Source of the DNA: Cellvibrionaceae bacterium
GTDB lineage: Bacteria; Pseudomonadota; Gammaproteobacteria; Pseudomonadales; Cellvibrionaceae
Assembly (NCBI GenBank): GCA_965230205.1
Contig: OZ245996.1
Location: 2,575,978-2,615,977, forward strand
Direction: 5' to 3'
Length of the DNA stretch: 40,000 nt
Positions 18,594 through 26,608 of this stretch are shown piece by piece. Below the pieces are notes generated by a model. That model did not search any database and had not been told where the DNA came from. It was given only the letters and a program-made list of their open reading frames with translations. Within the stretch, counting starts at the first letter, position 1. Each line of letters begins with the position of its first letter. The position numbers were made by a program, and so were the translations under genes.

Positions 18594-19309
18594 CAGCAAA
18601 ATTTATAGGTGTAGGCGTGGGCCCTGGTGATCCAGAACTCATTACGCTGAAGGCGGCTCGGCTTATTCAACAGGCTGATGTGATTAGTTATATTGCCAAT
18701 GAAGAAAACCTATCGCAGGCAAAAACCATTGCCTCACTAGTGCTAGATAGCGCCAAAAAAGAACAAGGTGAAATACCTGTTATTATGCCGATGTGTGATG
18801 ACCGACGAGTCGCTAACCGCATTTATGACCAGGCCGCTAGTGATATTCAAAAGTCGATTATAAAAGGAAAGTCTGTCGTATTTTTATGTGAAGGCGATCC
18901 CTTATTCTTTGGCTCGTTTGCTTATTTACTAGAGCGCTTGCAGGTGCTCGATATCAGCTGTGAAGTGGTTCCCGGTATTTCATCCGTACATGCTGCATCT
19001 TCAGCATTAAATTTGCCATTAACCATGTTAAAAGAATCTTTTGCCGTGATGAGTGGTCGCCATAGTCAGGATAAATTAGTGGCAGCATTAAATTATTATG
19101 ATAGTGTCGTCATCATGAAAGCAGGGCGCTCTCGGCAAAAAATACTGGATGCTCTTAGTCTTTCTAAACGGAAAGATGAGGCTAAATATTTAGAATATAT
19201 TGGTCGAGAAGGTGAAGTCATTCATCATGATATAGATCAGCTATCAGGAGAAGCCGGGCCCTATTTTTCTCTCTTTGTTATTACTAAAAAACAACGAGAC
19301 CGTTCATGA
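18590..19309 (+). CDS. cobI: Precorrin-2 / cobalt-factor II C20-methyltransferase (CobI/CbiL)
   Basis: GVGVGPGDPELITLKA and CEGDPLFFGSF. It has a 4-nt overlap with cobL. Confidence 0.9.
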   Translation: MTAKFIGVGVGPGDPELITLKAARLIQQADVISYIANEENLSQAKTIASLVLDSAKKEQGEIPVIMPMCDDRRVANRIYDQAASDIQKSIIKGKSVVFLCEGDPLFFGSFAYLLERLQVLDISCEVVPGISSVHAASSALNLPLTMLKESFAVMSGRHSQDKLVAALNYYDSVVIMKAGRSRQKILDALSLSKRKDEAKYLEYIGREGEVIHHDIDQLSGEAGPYFSLFVITKKQRDRS

Positions 19310-20079
19310 TTCGTGTTATCGCCTTAACTGAAGCGGGACGGCTATTGGGAGAACGCATCCAATGCTTGTTATCAAAACAGAGTCAGCTCAACGAGCTGTG
19401 GTTTAAACCTCAACCTTTTACAGAAAAAGTACAGCGAGCCTTTAAGGATGGTGACGCATTACTTTTTATCTGTGCAGCGGGTATTGTGGTTCGAACTCTG
19501 GCGCCAGTCATTAACAATAAATATGATGATCCACCAGTTCTTGTGATGGATGAACAGGGTCAATTTGTTATCCCTCTATTGTCAGGACATGAGGGTGGCG
19601 CAAATCAATGGGGTGATGAAATAGCAAAGTTATTAGATGCTCAATTGGTATTAACAACGGCAAAGCCGTATCTTAAACCTATCTACACAGTGGGGATGGG
19701 GTGTGAGCGTCACTGCCCTAAAGAAGAGCTGATGCAACTTTTAGATAGTTGTTTACGTAAAGTCAATATATCCCTTGACGATATATGCAGTATTAACAGC
19801 ATTGATATTAAGGCTGATGAAAGCGGTTTGATTCATTGCGCGGCTTCTCTTAATAAGCCTTACCATACCTTTGATAAAAGCCAGCTTAGTACGGTTGAGC
19901 ATTTGCTAAGTATAAAATCTGATTATGTCTTTAAGACTGTTGGCGTCTATGGTGTAGCAGAGTCAGCGGCATTAGTCGCTGCCCAAAATGAGACGGGTGA
20001 TGTCGCTGAATTGGTGTTGAACAAAGTAAAAACTAAAAAGGCAACCTGTGCAATTGCTAGGTCTTATATAAAAGGCTGA
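19306..20079 (+). CDS. cbiG: Cobalt-precorrin-5A hydrolase CbiG (N, middle and C-terminal domains all present)
   Basis: AAGIVVRTLAPVINNKYDDPPVLVMDEQGQFVIPLLSGHEGGANQWG...TTA forms the CbiG N/mid part. The CbiG_C/CobE-like part is VGMGCERH...SIDIKADE. Confidence 0.85.
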   Translation: MIRVIALTEAGRLLGERIQCLLSKQSQLNELWFKPQPFTEKVQRAFKDGDALLFICAAGIVVRTLAPVINNKYDDPPVLVMDEQGQFVIPLLSGHEGGANQWGDEIAKLLDAQLVLTTAKPYLKPIYTVGMGCERHCPKEELMQLLDSCLRKVNISLDDICSINSIDIKADESGLIHCAASLNKPYHTFDKSQLSTVEHLLSIKSDYVFKTVGVYGVAESAALVAAQNETGDVAELVLNKVKTKKATCAIARSYIKG

Positions 20080-20123
20080 GCATTTTTTGATGCTTTTAAA
20101 GATAAAATTAAAATAGGAAATAT

Positions 20124-20900
20124 ATGAGTAAGTTGTATCTTATTAGTGCTGGTCCAGGTGACAGGGATCTGGTGGCCCCCAAAGCGATACAGGCAATTTC
20201 AGCCTGTAGTGATTTAGTTGCTTATGGACTCTATTTAGAATTACTCGGTGACGTTTGCAACGATAAAACTCATCATGACTTACCACTGGGTGAAGAAATT
20301 GGCCGTGCTCGTTTAGCCTTAGACTTGGCTGCCAGTGGTAAAGCGACGGCGTTAATTTCCAGTGGCGACATCGGTATTTATGCTATGGCGACCTTGGTAT
20401 TCGAACTGTTAGATCAACAACTGGCTGAACATGAGGAACATCCTGAATGGCTAGATGTAGATATTGAAGTGGTGCCAGGTATTTCTGCAATGCAGGCCGG
20501 CGCCAGTAGGGTAGGTGCTTTATTGGGCCATGACTTTTGTACGATATCGTTATCTGATTTGCTAACGCCTTGGCAAACGATTGAAAAGCGCTTACATGCC
20601 TGTGGTCAAGGGGATTTTGTTGTGTCTTTTTATAATCCTCGTTCAAAAAAACGCGATTGGCAAATTAATACTGCACGGGATATTTTATTAGAATACCGTC
20701 CAGCCACAACACCCGTATTGTTAGGAAGGCAACTAACTCGTGAAGATGAAAGCATAGCGATCACTACATTGGGTCAACTACATTCTGACGATGTTGATAT
20801 GTTTACCCTGGTTTCCGTCGGGAATAGTGAAAGCCGCCATATTATTAATGGCTCGAAAGAGTGGGTATATACGCCGAGAGGATACAGTAAAAAATTATGA
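20124..20900 (+). CDS. cobJ: Precorrin-3B / cobalt-factor III C17-methyltransferase (CobJ/CbiH)
   Basis: LISAGPGDRDLVAPKA, SSGDIGIYAM and SFYNPRS. Confidence 0.9.
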   Translation: MSKLYLISAGPGDRDLVAPKAIQAISACSDLVAYGLYLELLGDVCNDKTHHDLPLGEEIGRARLALDLAASGKATALISSGDIGIYAMATLVFELLDQQLAEHEEHPEWLDVDIEVVPGISAMQAGASRVGALLGHDFCTISLSDLLTPWQTIEKRLHACGQGDFVVSFYNPRSKKRDWQINTARDILLEYRPATTPVLLGRQLTREDESIAITTLGQLHSDDVDMFTLVSVGNSESRHIINGSKEWVYTPRGYSKKL

Positions 20901-21709
20901 CCGTTTATTTTATTGGTGCTGGTCCAGGCGACCCTGAGTTAATTACCGTTAAGGCACAACGATTAATTAATCAATGTCCTATTATTTTATATGCGGGTTC
21001 TTTAGTGCCTCGTGCTATTTTTGCAGATGTAGAAGCAACGGCAGAAAAAATTATCGATACAGCCTCTATTCATTTAGACGATATTATTCATCATATAACA
21101 ATGGCACATGAAGCAGGTAAAGATGTAGCTCGTGTGCATTCGGGTGACCCTTCTCTCTACGGTGCGATTGGTGAGCAAATCCGCCGCCTTGAAGGTCTAA
21201 ATATCGACTATGAGATTATTCCCGGTGTAACAGCAACATCGGCATCGGCTGCATGGTTAGGCAAGGAGTTGACGCTGTCTGGTGTATCGCAAACGATTAT
21301 TATGACTCGTTACGAGGGTAAAACCCCTTTTCCGGAAAGAGAGCGCCTGCCTGCCTTAGCGGCTACCGGTGCAACCTTGGCGATTCACTTAGGTGTTACT
21401 CGTATTCATAAAATTGTGGAAGAGTTGATTCCTTTTTATGGGGAAGACTGTCCAGTAGCCGTATGTTATCGCACCAGTTGGTCTGATCAGGATAAAGTCA
21501 TTGGTGTGCTAAGCGATATTGTTGAAAAGGTCAGAGAGAAAAAATTTACGCGGACTTCTTTAATTCTAGTTGGGCCAGTACTCGGCACCGATGAGTTTAG
21601 GGATTCCTATCTATACGACGAAACAAAAGCTCATGTTTATCGCCCTAAAGTAAAACCAAAGACAGCGAGAAATGTGGATAGTTTACAGGCGCACCCAACA
21701 TTGAAATAG
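20897..21709 (+). CDS. cobM: Precorrin-4 / cobalt-precorrin-4 C11-methyltransferase (CobM/CbiF)
   Basis: FIGAGPGDPELITVKA and HSGDPSLYGAIGEQ. It has a 4-nt overlap with cobJ. Confidence 0.9.
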   Translation: MTVYFIGAGPGDPELITVKAQRLINQCPIILYAGSLVPRAIFADVEATAEKIIDTASIHLDDIIHHITMAHEAGKDVARVHSGDPSLYGAIGEQIRRLEGLNIDYEIIPGVTATSASAAWLGKELTLSGVSQTIIMTRYEGKTPFPERERLPALAATGATLAIHLGVTRIHKIVEELIPFYGEDCPVAVCYRTSWSDQDKVIGVLSDIVEKVREKKFTRTSLILVGPVLGTDEFRDSYLYDETKAHVYRPKVKPKTARNVDSLQAHPTLK

Positions 21710-22114
21710 GACCTTTAAAAAACTCACAATCAATATGTTATTTTTAATATATTTAGTAATTACAAAATATTAATTTTAATTATTATCATAGGATAAAGCG
21801 CTCCCATTCATCGCGTAAATACAAGGCTGAAGATATCGTTCGAGTTCAGCCTGATGAATATTTATCTCAGATAATGGTAAGTGATAAAAAAGGTAATCAG
21901 GAACGAATGACGATAACAAGCGTTGAGCCTTTGTTGGCTTAGGCTTTGATACATTGTTATGGGATGATAATAAAATAATCGGCCTGATAGGCGATATGAA
22001 AAGATTTTCAATATCACCTAAAATAATAGGGTAAGGTTTTTTTAACTGCTCTTAATAAGAGAGAATATCCTAAAATGTTCGTTATACACAGGTACTTTAT
22101 GGTGTTCTTTAGCG

Positions 22115-23074
22115 CTACAACAGGTCAACCGGACTGGTAGTCCCCGCTCTTGCCTGTCCAACCACATGTGTATAAATTTCAGTTGTTCTAATATCTGCAT
22201 GGCCTAATAATTCTTGGACTGTTCTAATGTCACTACCTGATTGCAGTAGCTGAGTAGCAAAGGAATGCCGAAAGGTATGAGCTGTGACCCGCTTCATTAG
22301 TTCACTAGCTTTGACCGCCTGTCTCAATTGTTTGGCAAATGCAGAATCATGAATATGATGTCGACAAATATAACCATCATAAGGATGCGTGCAACGCGTG
22401 GAAGACGGAAATAAATACTGCCACGAAAAATCTTTTACTATTCGTCCATATTTACGTTGCAACGAAGGTGCAACGGATGTCATACCATAACCGTCATCCA
22501 AATCCTGTTGATGAACCTTTTTTGAACACTCGATTTGTTCGTGCAATGCTGGTACTAAGGATTCAGGCAACATCGTGTAACGATCTTTACCACCTTTACC
22601 GCGAAATACCAAAATAGACTGATTATGGAAATCAATATCTTTAATTCTCAGCGCAAGTACTTCCTTAATTCTGAAACCGCATCCATAAAGCATGGATGTA
22701 ATAAGGCGATATTTACCTCGCATGTGGCTCAAAATAGCAGCGACCTCAGCGGGTGAAAGTACCGTTGGTAAATTCCGTGGTCGTTTAGCAAAGCCATATT
22801 GCAAGCCTTCGATTGATCTATGCAATATATGGCGGTACATAAAAATAATGGCGCACAGTGCTTGGTTTTGAGTCGCAGCACTGACACCTCTATTAACCGC
22901 CATATGATTTAAAAACCGCTCAATCTCCTGGTTACCCATATCTGTTGGATGCCTTTTGTCATTAAATAAAATGAAGTGTCTTATCCAGTAAAGATAGGTT
23001 TTCTCAGTGCGTAGGCTGTAATGGCGTGTGCGTAACTCCGTTCTCACACTTTCCATGAAAGGGGATCGTGGCAT
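22115..23074 (-). CDS. intI: Integron integrase IntI
   Basis: 319 aa. It has the tyrosine-recombinase boxes (GFRIKEVLALRIKDID; HTFRHSFATQLL; LLGHADIRTTEIYTHV). It also has the IntI-specific insertion (APSLQRKYGRIVKDFSWQYLFPSS...ICRHHIHDSAF). Confidence 0.95.
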   Translation of the reverse strand: MPRSPFMESVRTELRTRHYSLRTEKTYLYWIRHFILFNDKRHPTDMGNQEIERFLNHMAVNRGVSAATQNQALCAIIFMYRHILHRSIEGLQYGFAKRPRNLPTVLSPAEVAAILSHMRGKYRLITSMLYGCGFRIKEVLALRIKDIDFHNQSILVFRGKGGKDRYTMLPESLVPALHEQIECSKKVHQQDLDDGYGMTSVAPSLQRKYGRIVKDFSWQYLFPSSTRCTHPYDGYICRHHIHDSAFAKQLRQAVKASELMKRVTAHTFRHSFATQLLQSGSDIRTVQELLGHADIRTTEIYTHVVGQARAGTTSPVDLL

Positions 23075-23092
23075 GGCGTTAACTCCCTATAA

Positions 23093-23108
23093 CTGTATGT
23101 ACGTACAG
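23093..23108. promoter_or_regulatory. LexA (SOS) box at the intI promoter
   Basis: CTGTATGTACGTACAG fits CTGT-N8-ACAG exactly. It sits inside a larger palindrome, TATAACTGTATGTACGTACAGTTATA, 19 nt upstream of the intI ATG. Confidence 0.7.
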
Positions 23109-23136
23109 TTATAACTGAATTTAGGCCAAATGCCAA
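23108..23136 (-). promoter_or_regulatory. Candidate PintI promoter (-35 TTGGCA, 17-nt spacer, -10 TATAAC)
   Basis: Read on the minus strand: TTGGCA (23136-23131), a 17-nt spacer, then TATAAC (23113-23108). The LexA box and RBS AGGGAG follow immediately. Confidence 0.5.
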
Positions 23137-23339
23137 GCACAGATCTCGTGAGAAACACTACTTCAATGTCTTGATTATCCCAAAAGATAGCTTTTAACAT
23201 ATTGATTTGCTTAGCTTTTAAAATTGCTTTTGAGTGCATATACGACCTTACCAGGGGCTCGTTAAATACAGAGTCGCGTTTTCTCCAGTAGAGTTGGTGT
23301 GAGTTTATTGCTGTAAGTTATTGAGTTTGATAGAGTTTG

Positions 23340-23413
23340 CGCTTCAGATTAACGCGGAATTTGGTTGTGGGTAAGTGGGATAAACACGAATTCCGACTAA
23401 TATACTGTTAGGC
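23340..23413 (+). other. attI region; proposed crossover core GTTAGGC at 23407-23413
   Basis: GTTAGGC fits GTTRRRY and lies 4 nt before the first cassette ATG, consistent with the short core-to-ATG spacing of the other cassettes. An upstream inverted repeat CGGAATT...AATTCCG is present. The extent is approximate. Confidence 0.4.
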
Positions 23414-23416
23414 TCT

Positions 23417-23857
23417 ATGGATACCGAAGAATACATAACTAAACTATTTGTCGATGCAGGGTGGCATGAAGGCCGCCAAGTCGAGGGCATAAATCAGGCT
23501 TCAAACTCATCCAGTACTGCCCACAAAAATGCAGCGGCCGTGCTGGCCGAATTTGGTGGTCTCGATGTGGGGGAAGTCGGCCCTGGAAGAGAGCTTTCCG
23601 CAAGTGACATATCGTTTAGAACTCAGGCGTTTGATTTTGGAAATGAGTTCCACAACTATTGGCAAAGTCTAGAGGTGTCTTTGTTTGCTTTTGCTTCAGC
23701 ACATCACGACCATATGTTGCTACTAGTTGACGACGAAAATAGCTTTTACATATTTACTGATCCAGACGAGCAGCTGTATAAAGTAGGCAGCTTCGAAGAA
23801 ACAATGAAAAGGGTGTTGTTGGGTATCAATTATGGTGCAGCGCTTGAAAAAGCCTAA
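23417..23857 (+). CDS. Cassette 1: SUKH-3-like (SMI1/KNR4 superfamily) immunity protein
   Basis: 146 aa. AGWHEGRQV, LAEFGGL, HHDHMLLLVDDENSFY and LYKVGSFEETMKRVLLG follow the SUKH-3 pattern as I recall it. Confidence 0.55.
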   Translation: MDTEEYITKLFVDAGWHEGRQVEGINQASNSSSTAHKNAAAVLAEFGGLDVGEVGPGRELSASDISFRTQAFDFGNEFHNYWQSLEVSLFAFASAHHDHMLLLVDDENSFYIFTDPDEQLYKVGSFEETMKRVLLGINYGAALEKA

Positions 23858-23935
23858 CAAGTGCATGTTGTTCGCCCACTTCGTGGGCTGGGACCTCCGC
23901 ACTGCGTGCTCCGTCCCCAAATGCAGGCGTTAAGT
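23852..23935 (+). repeat. attC 1 (84 bp)
   Basis: R'' GCCTAAC ... R' GTTAAGT, with inner complementarity (AAGTGCAT / ATGCAGGC). Confidence 0.7.
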
Positions 23936-23948
23936 TTCCAAGGAAGTC

Positions 23949-24299
23949 ATGAGTCAGAAAGTTGAAATTATAGAGCTTGGTTTTTCGGTTGCAGACGCCG
24001 AAGATATCACTTTCAAATATGACGGTGCTGACCTCGTATTGGAGTTCAACGATTGGCAGGAAAACCACATCACTATTAAGTGTGAAAATACTCTAGGTTT
24101 TAAATTTCAAAATGCAGAGTACGAGCTTTCTGAATCAGAGCGCTTTGACTCTTGTCATATCGTACATGACTCCGAGTGGGTAAAAGAGCACCTTAAGCAA
24201 GGAGAGGCTTGGGAAGGTGAAAATTGGCTCCATTATAAATTAAACTTTAATGCGGCTGGTGTCGTCGAGGTTCTATGTTCCGAGCTAGCCAAAACTTAA
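23949..24299 (+). CDS. Cassette 2: hypothetical protein (possibly immunity-like)
   Basis: 116-aa ORF filling the cassette. I recognise no family. Confidence 0.5.
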   Translation: MSQKVEIIELGFSVADAEDITFKYDGADLVLEFNDWQENHITIKCENTLGFKFQNAEYELSESERFDSCHIVHDSEWVKEHLKQGEAWEGENWLHYKLNFNAAGVVEVLCSELAKT

Positions 24300-24354
24300 C
24301 AAAGGTAGGCAGCAGGACCTCGCTGACGCTCGGCCTCTGCTACCGGCGTTAAGT
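24294..24354 (+). repeat. attC 2 (61 bp)
   Basis: R'' ACTTAAC ... R' GTTAAGT. GGTAGGCAGCAGG pairs with CCTCTGCTACC, leaving extrahelical bases. Confidence 0.75.
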
Positions 24355-24369
24355 TTACTAAGAGAAAAT

Positions 24370-24660
24370 ATGCCAATTAATCTAATTGACTATACAAATT
24401 CTGAGGAAGGCCAAAAAGGTAAATCTTTAGGTGGCATTTGCAAAGGTGAATGGGAAATGCCGAAGCAGGTAGAAGCGTTAGAGGTTTGGCTGAAGGAAAA
24501 AGGACAGAAGTTACCACCAGGAGACTATTTAGCTGATATAGGTTTTAGCCCACGAAAAGGTGCTCTAGGTGGTGGAGCTGTTCTTACACCAGAAGCCATG
24601 GCAATTATGTCCTCAATCGGCATGACCCTTTTTCTTTCTGAGTACCCAAATGATGATTAG
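24370..24660 (+). CDS. Cassette 3: hypothetical protein (weak DUF4279-like resemblance)
   Basis: 96-aa ORF. The C-terminal ...LTPEAMAIMSSIGMTLFLSEY loosely resembles DUF4279 ends. Confidence 0.45.
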   Translation: MPINLIDYTNSEEGQKGKSLGGICKGEWEMPKQVEALEVWLKEKGQKLPPGDYLADIGFSPRKGALGGGAVLTPEAMAIMSSIGMTLFLSEYPNDD

Positions 24661-24666
24661 TATCAA

Positions 24667-24741
24667 ACTTAACAAGCTTAGGTTGCGGAAAATTTACTGC
24701 GCCTTCGGCTCCGTAATTTTCCGCAACTAAAGGCGTTATAA
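24667..24741 (+). repeat. attC 3 (75 bp)
   Basis: R'' ACTTAAC ... R' GTTATAA. There is a strong stem, GGTTGCGGAAAATT / AATTTTCCGCAAC. Confidence 0.75.
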
Positions 24742-24748
24742 GTAAATC

Positions 24749-25078
24749 ATGTTCGAAAAAATCGTAAGCATTTTTAAAAACAAGAAACCGGAATGGTACG
24801 AACCAGAAGATCCGACTCCACGCGAACAATGTCCGTGTTGTGACTATATTTCTCTAGCAGAGCGTGGTAATTATTTAATATGCCCAATCTGCTTTTGGGA
24901 AGATGACGGCCAAGATGTAGATGAACTTGATTTAGGGTCTGGCCCTAATCACGGGATCACTCTTAGAGAAGGCAGGCACAATTTTAAAGAATTCGGTTCA
25001 TGTGAATTAGCTATGAAAAAACATGTGATCTCAGAAAGCGAGCGTAAGAAGTATGAACATAAACCGAGAAACTTATAA
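24749..25078 (+). CDS. Cassette 4: cysteine-rich CPCC-domain protein
   Basis: CPCCDYISLAERGNYLICPICFWEDDGQD...GPNHGITLREGRHNF matches the CPCC domain pattern. Confidence 0.65.
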   Translation: MFEKIVSIFKNKKPEWYEPEDPTPREQCPCCDYISLAERGNYLICPICFWEDDGQDVDELDLGSGPNHGITLREGRHNFKEFGSCELAMKKHVISESERKKYEHKPRNL

Positions 25079-25153
25079 CAAGGCACGCCAGTTGAAAAAT
25101 ATTACGTTTCGCTTCGCTGCACTACATATTTTCAACTGCGCTTGGCGTTATAC
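25073..25153 (+). repeat. attC 4 (81 bp)
   Basis: R'' TTATAAC ... R' GTTATAC. The stem is CAGTTGAAAAATAT / ATATTTTCAACTG. Confidence 0.7.
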
Positions 25154-25206
25154 CTCAAAACCCTTCAACAATTCCTTCTAAATTAAATCCAAATTAATTT
25201 CAAAAC

Positions 25207-25222
25207 CTGTTGATTCTTACAG
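25207..25222. promoter_or_regulatory. LexA-like box overlapping a candidate promoter of the SymE-like gene
   Basis: CTGTTGATTCTTACAG fits CTGT-N8-ACAG. It overlaps TTGATT (25210-25215), a 17-nt spacer and CGTAAT (25233-25238). Confidence 0.45.
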
Positions 25223-25364
25223 TATTTTAGTGCGTAATAGGTGGGCAGTTTTCACGCAAAGAAAGGTATTTTTATCGTAAAATTTTTACTTAAATAATCG
25301 CTACTCCTAGGTGCTACCAACACCTAGAAGCAGCTAACCACAACAGATATCGAGAGTATCCATC

Positions 25365-25631
25365 ATGGCTAAACGTACTATACAGCTAGAGCCTCGCTCG
25401 GCCCAAGAAAAATCTTCATCCTTCCGTAAACTCAAAGTCCGCAAAGGCTATTATCACTATCAACACGGTGATTTTCAGCCCCGTCAAAACCACCGTTCTT
25501 GCCAGCCTGTACCGTGGGTGCAAATAAAAGGTTATTGGCTCAATCAAGCAGGCTTTACTATTGGCACACAATTAAACGTGCAGGTGCAAAATGGTTGTAT
25601 TACTATCAAACCCCAATCTTCCCCCAGTTAA
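25365..25631 (+). CDS. symE: Cassette 5: SymE-like type I toxin (AbrB/SpoVT-fold)
   Basis: 88 aa. The C-terminal PWVQIKGYWLNQAGFTIGTQLNVQVQNGCITIKP is the SymE-family swapped-hairpin motif. The gene has its own roughly 210-nt upstream region within the cassette. Confidence 0.65.
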   Translation: MAKRTIQLEPRSAQEKSSSFRKLKVRKGYYHYQHGDFQPRQNHRSCQPVPWVQIKGYWLNQAGFTIGTQLNVQVQNGCITIKPQSSPS

Positions 25632-25677
25632 GTATCTGGGGTATATTCAGTCTATAAGCCAGCTCATACTTGGGCTG

Positions 25678-25781
25678 GTATAACAAAGCAAAGCACTCGG
25701 ATTTGGTAAAGCAGTCACTTTTTTTGCAAAAAGCGCAAAAAAACCGCCAACTTCACCAAGCCCGTGTTTGAAGCGTTAAAA
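25678..25781 (+). repeat. attC 5 (104 bp)
   Basis: R'' GTATAAC ... R' GTTAAAA. Its 3' half is nearly identical to that of attC 6. Confidence 0.7.
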
Positions 25782-25789
25782 GGCAAAAG

Positions 25790-26200
25790 ATGAAGAATTT
25801 AACAATTTCTATAACAGTGCTCCTAGCTTTATTGATGAGTTCCCTAGGCTTTTCTCAGGTTAAAAAATCTGAATTATGCTTTAGCAGCCCCTATGATCTG
25901 TTTAAAAAGCACCCTAATGTTTTTGAAAGAGCTAAATTTGCAGCTGTCCGCCAAGAAGGCGCTAATGAAAATGTCCTAGCACTTAGGATAACGAAGTCTC
26001 TTTCTAGTTCAAATCAGCTATCAAAAAACGGCTATGATGTTGGCGATAGAATCTTCGAAATCTGTGGTAATAGCATGCAAAACCTTTTTAATGCTTCAAA
26101 AGAGGCACCAGTTTGTTGCTCAGATGGTTATCCATTTAAAATTTCTGTAGTAGGTAGCAATTCATCAAGCGCAAAGCATAAATCAAATGTTTCACCATAA
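25790..26200 (+). CDS. Cassette 6: secreted hypothetical protein
   Basis: 136 aa with a signal peptide (ITVLLALLMSSLGFSQ) and several Cys. I recognise no family. Confidence 0.5.
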   Translation: MKNLTISITVLLALLMSSLGFSQVKKSELCFSSPYDLFKKHPNVFERAKFAAVRQEGANENVLALRITKSLSSSNQLSKNGYDVGDRIFEICGNSMQNLFNASKEAPVCCSDGYPFKISVVGSNSSSAKHKSNVSP

Positions 26201-26205
26201 ATACC

Positions 26206-26311
26206 TTTTAACAAGTCAAAGCACAGCGGACTTGGTAAAGCTGTCACCCTTTTTGCAAAAAAGCGCAAAAAGGCCGCCAACTTCACCAAGCCCGTGTTTG
26301 AAGCGTTATGA
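26206..26311 (+). repeat. attC 6 (106 bp)
   Basis: R'' TTTTAAC ... R' GTTATGA. It shares CCGCCAACTTCACCAAGCCCGTGTTTGAAGCGTTA with attC 5. Confidence 0.7.
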
Positions 26312-26608
26312 GTCACCGAAATTAGAGGTAACGTCCATACTTTTGTGAAGGATACGTATTATTTTAATTTTTTTGGGGGAAGTAACTTTATAAAAAATTA
26401 TATGGCTACCTTGTGGAAATTTTTGATAACCAGTCTTTATATGCTCACAAGCTTTGCCAATCGAGGGAGTTTCTGCAAGCATATGAAACGAATCATCAAA
26501 TTGCTTAATGTAAGCGTTTCGTTGTGTAAGCCCCCAACGTTTTTCAGTAAATCTTGCTATAGCTTTCAAGTCAGATTTAGCTCGTTGGGTTAATGTAAAT
26601 GAGTTCAT
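26306..26608 (-). CDS. parE: Cassette 7: ParE/RelE-family type II toxin
   Basis: 100 aa with an N-terminal TLTQRAKSDLKAIARFTEKRWG and a C-terminal IIFYKV...IKIIRILHKSMD. It has a 4-nt overlap with the upstream antitoxin gene. Confidence 0.8.
   Translation of the reverse strand: MNSFTLTQRAKSDLKAIARFTEKRWGLTQRNAYIKQFDDSFHMLAETPSIGKACEHIKTGYQKFPQGSHIIFYKVTSPKKIKIIRILHKSMDVTSNFGDS

Noticed and set aside
18239-18670. 143-aa minus-strand ORF across the cobL/cobI junction. Similar antisense ORFs occur within cobB, cbiD, cobJ, intI, the SDR gene, cbiX, cobW and cobN (for example 12778-13047, 20383-20646, 22339-22617, 29975-30645, 37218-37607 and 38288-38676).
   Set aside because: All are embedded in strongly supported genes on the other strand or in another frame. 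No motifs are present. Several are Cys/His/Arg-rich, as expected from reverse-reading coding DNA.
21787-21951. Open frame without a start codon in the cobM-intI spacer (...YKAEDIVRVQPDEYLSQIMVSDKKGNQERMTITSVEPLLA); possible gene remnant at the integron boundary.
   Set aside because: There is no start codon and no family I can recognise. It is short enough to be a chance open frame. It is worth a tblastn search, but I cannot support it as a feature.
23194-23224. Possible cassette promoter Pc (TTAACA ... TAAAAT) in the attI-proximal region.
   Set aside because: The spacer is 19 nt, and the alternative hexamer pairings are worse. I could not identify a convincing Pc from sequence alone.
23264-23413. 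Alternative attI crossover at GTTAAAT (23269-23275), which would make 23276-23413 an ORF-less cassette with an attC formed by GATTAAC...CGGAATT/AATTCCG...GTTAGGC.
   Set aside because: The putative attC is strongly asymmetric, with an 11-nt unpaired segment on one arm only. It also lacks the conserved TAACAAG / GGCGTTA ends of the other sites. It is more likely part of attI.
23723-24068. Minus-strand ORFs 23723-23920 and 23826-24068 spanning attC 1 and cassette boundaries.
   Set aside because: They cross an attC site and overlap the plus-strand cassette ORFs, which fill their cassettes exactly. They are unlikely to be real.
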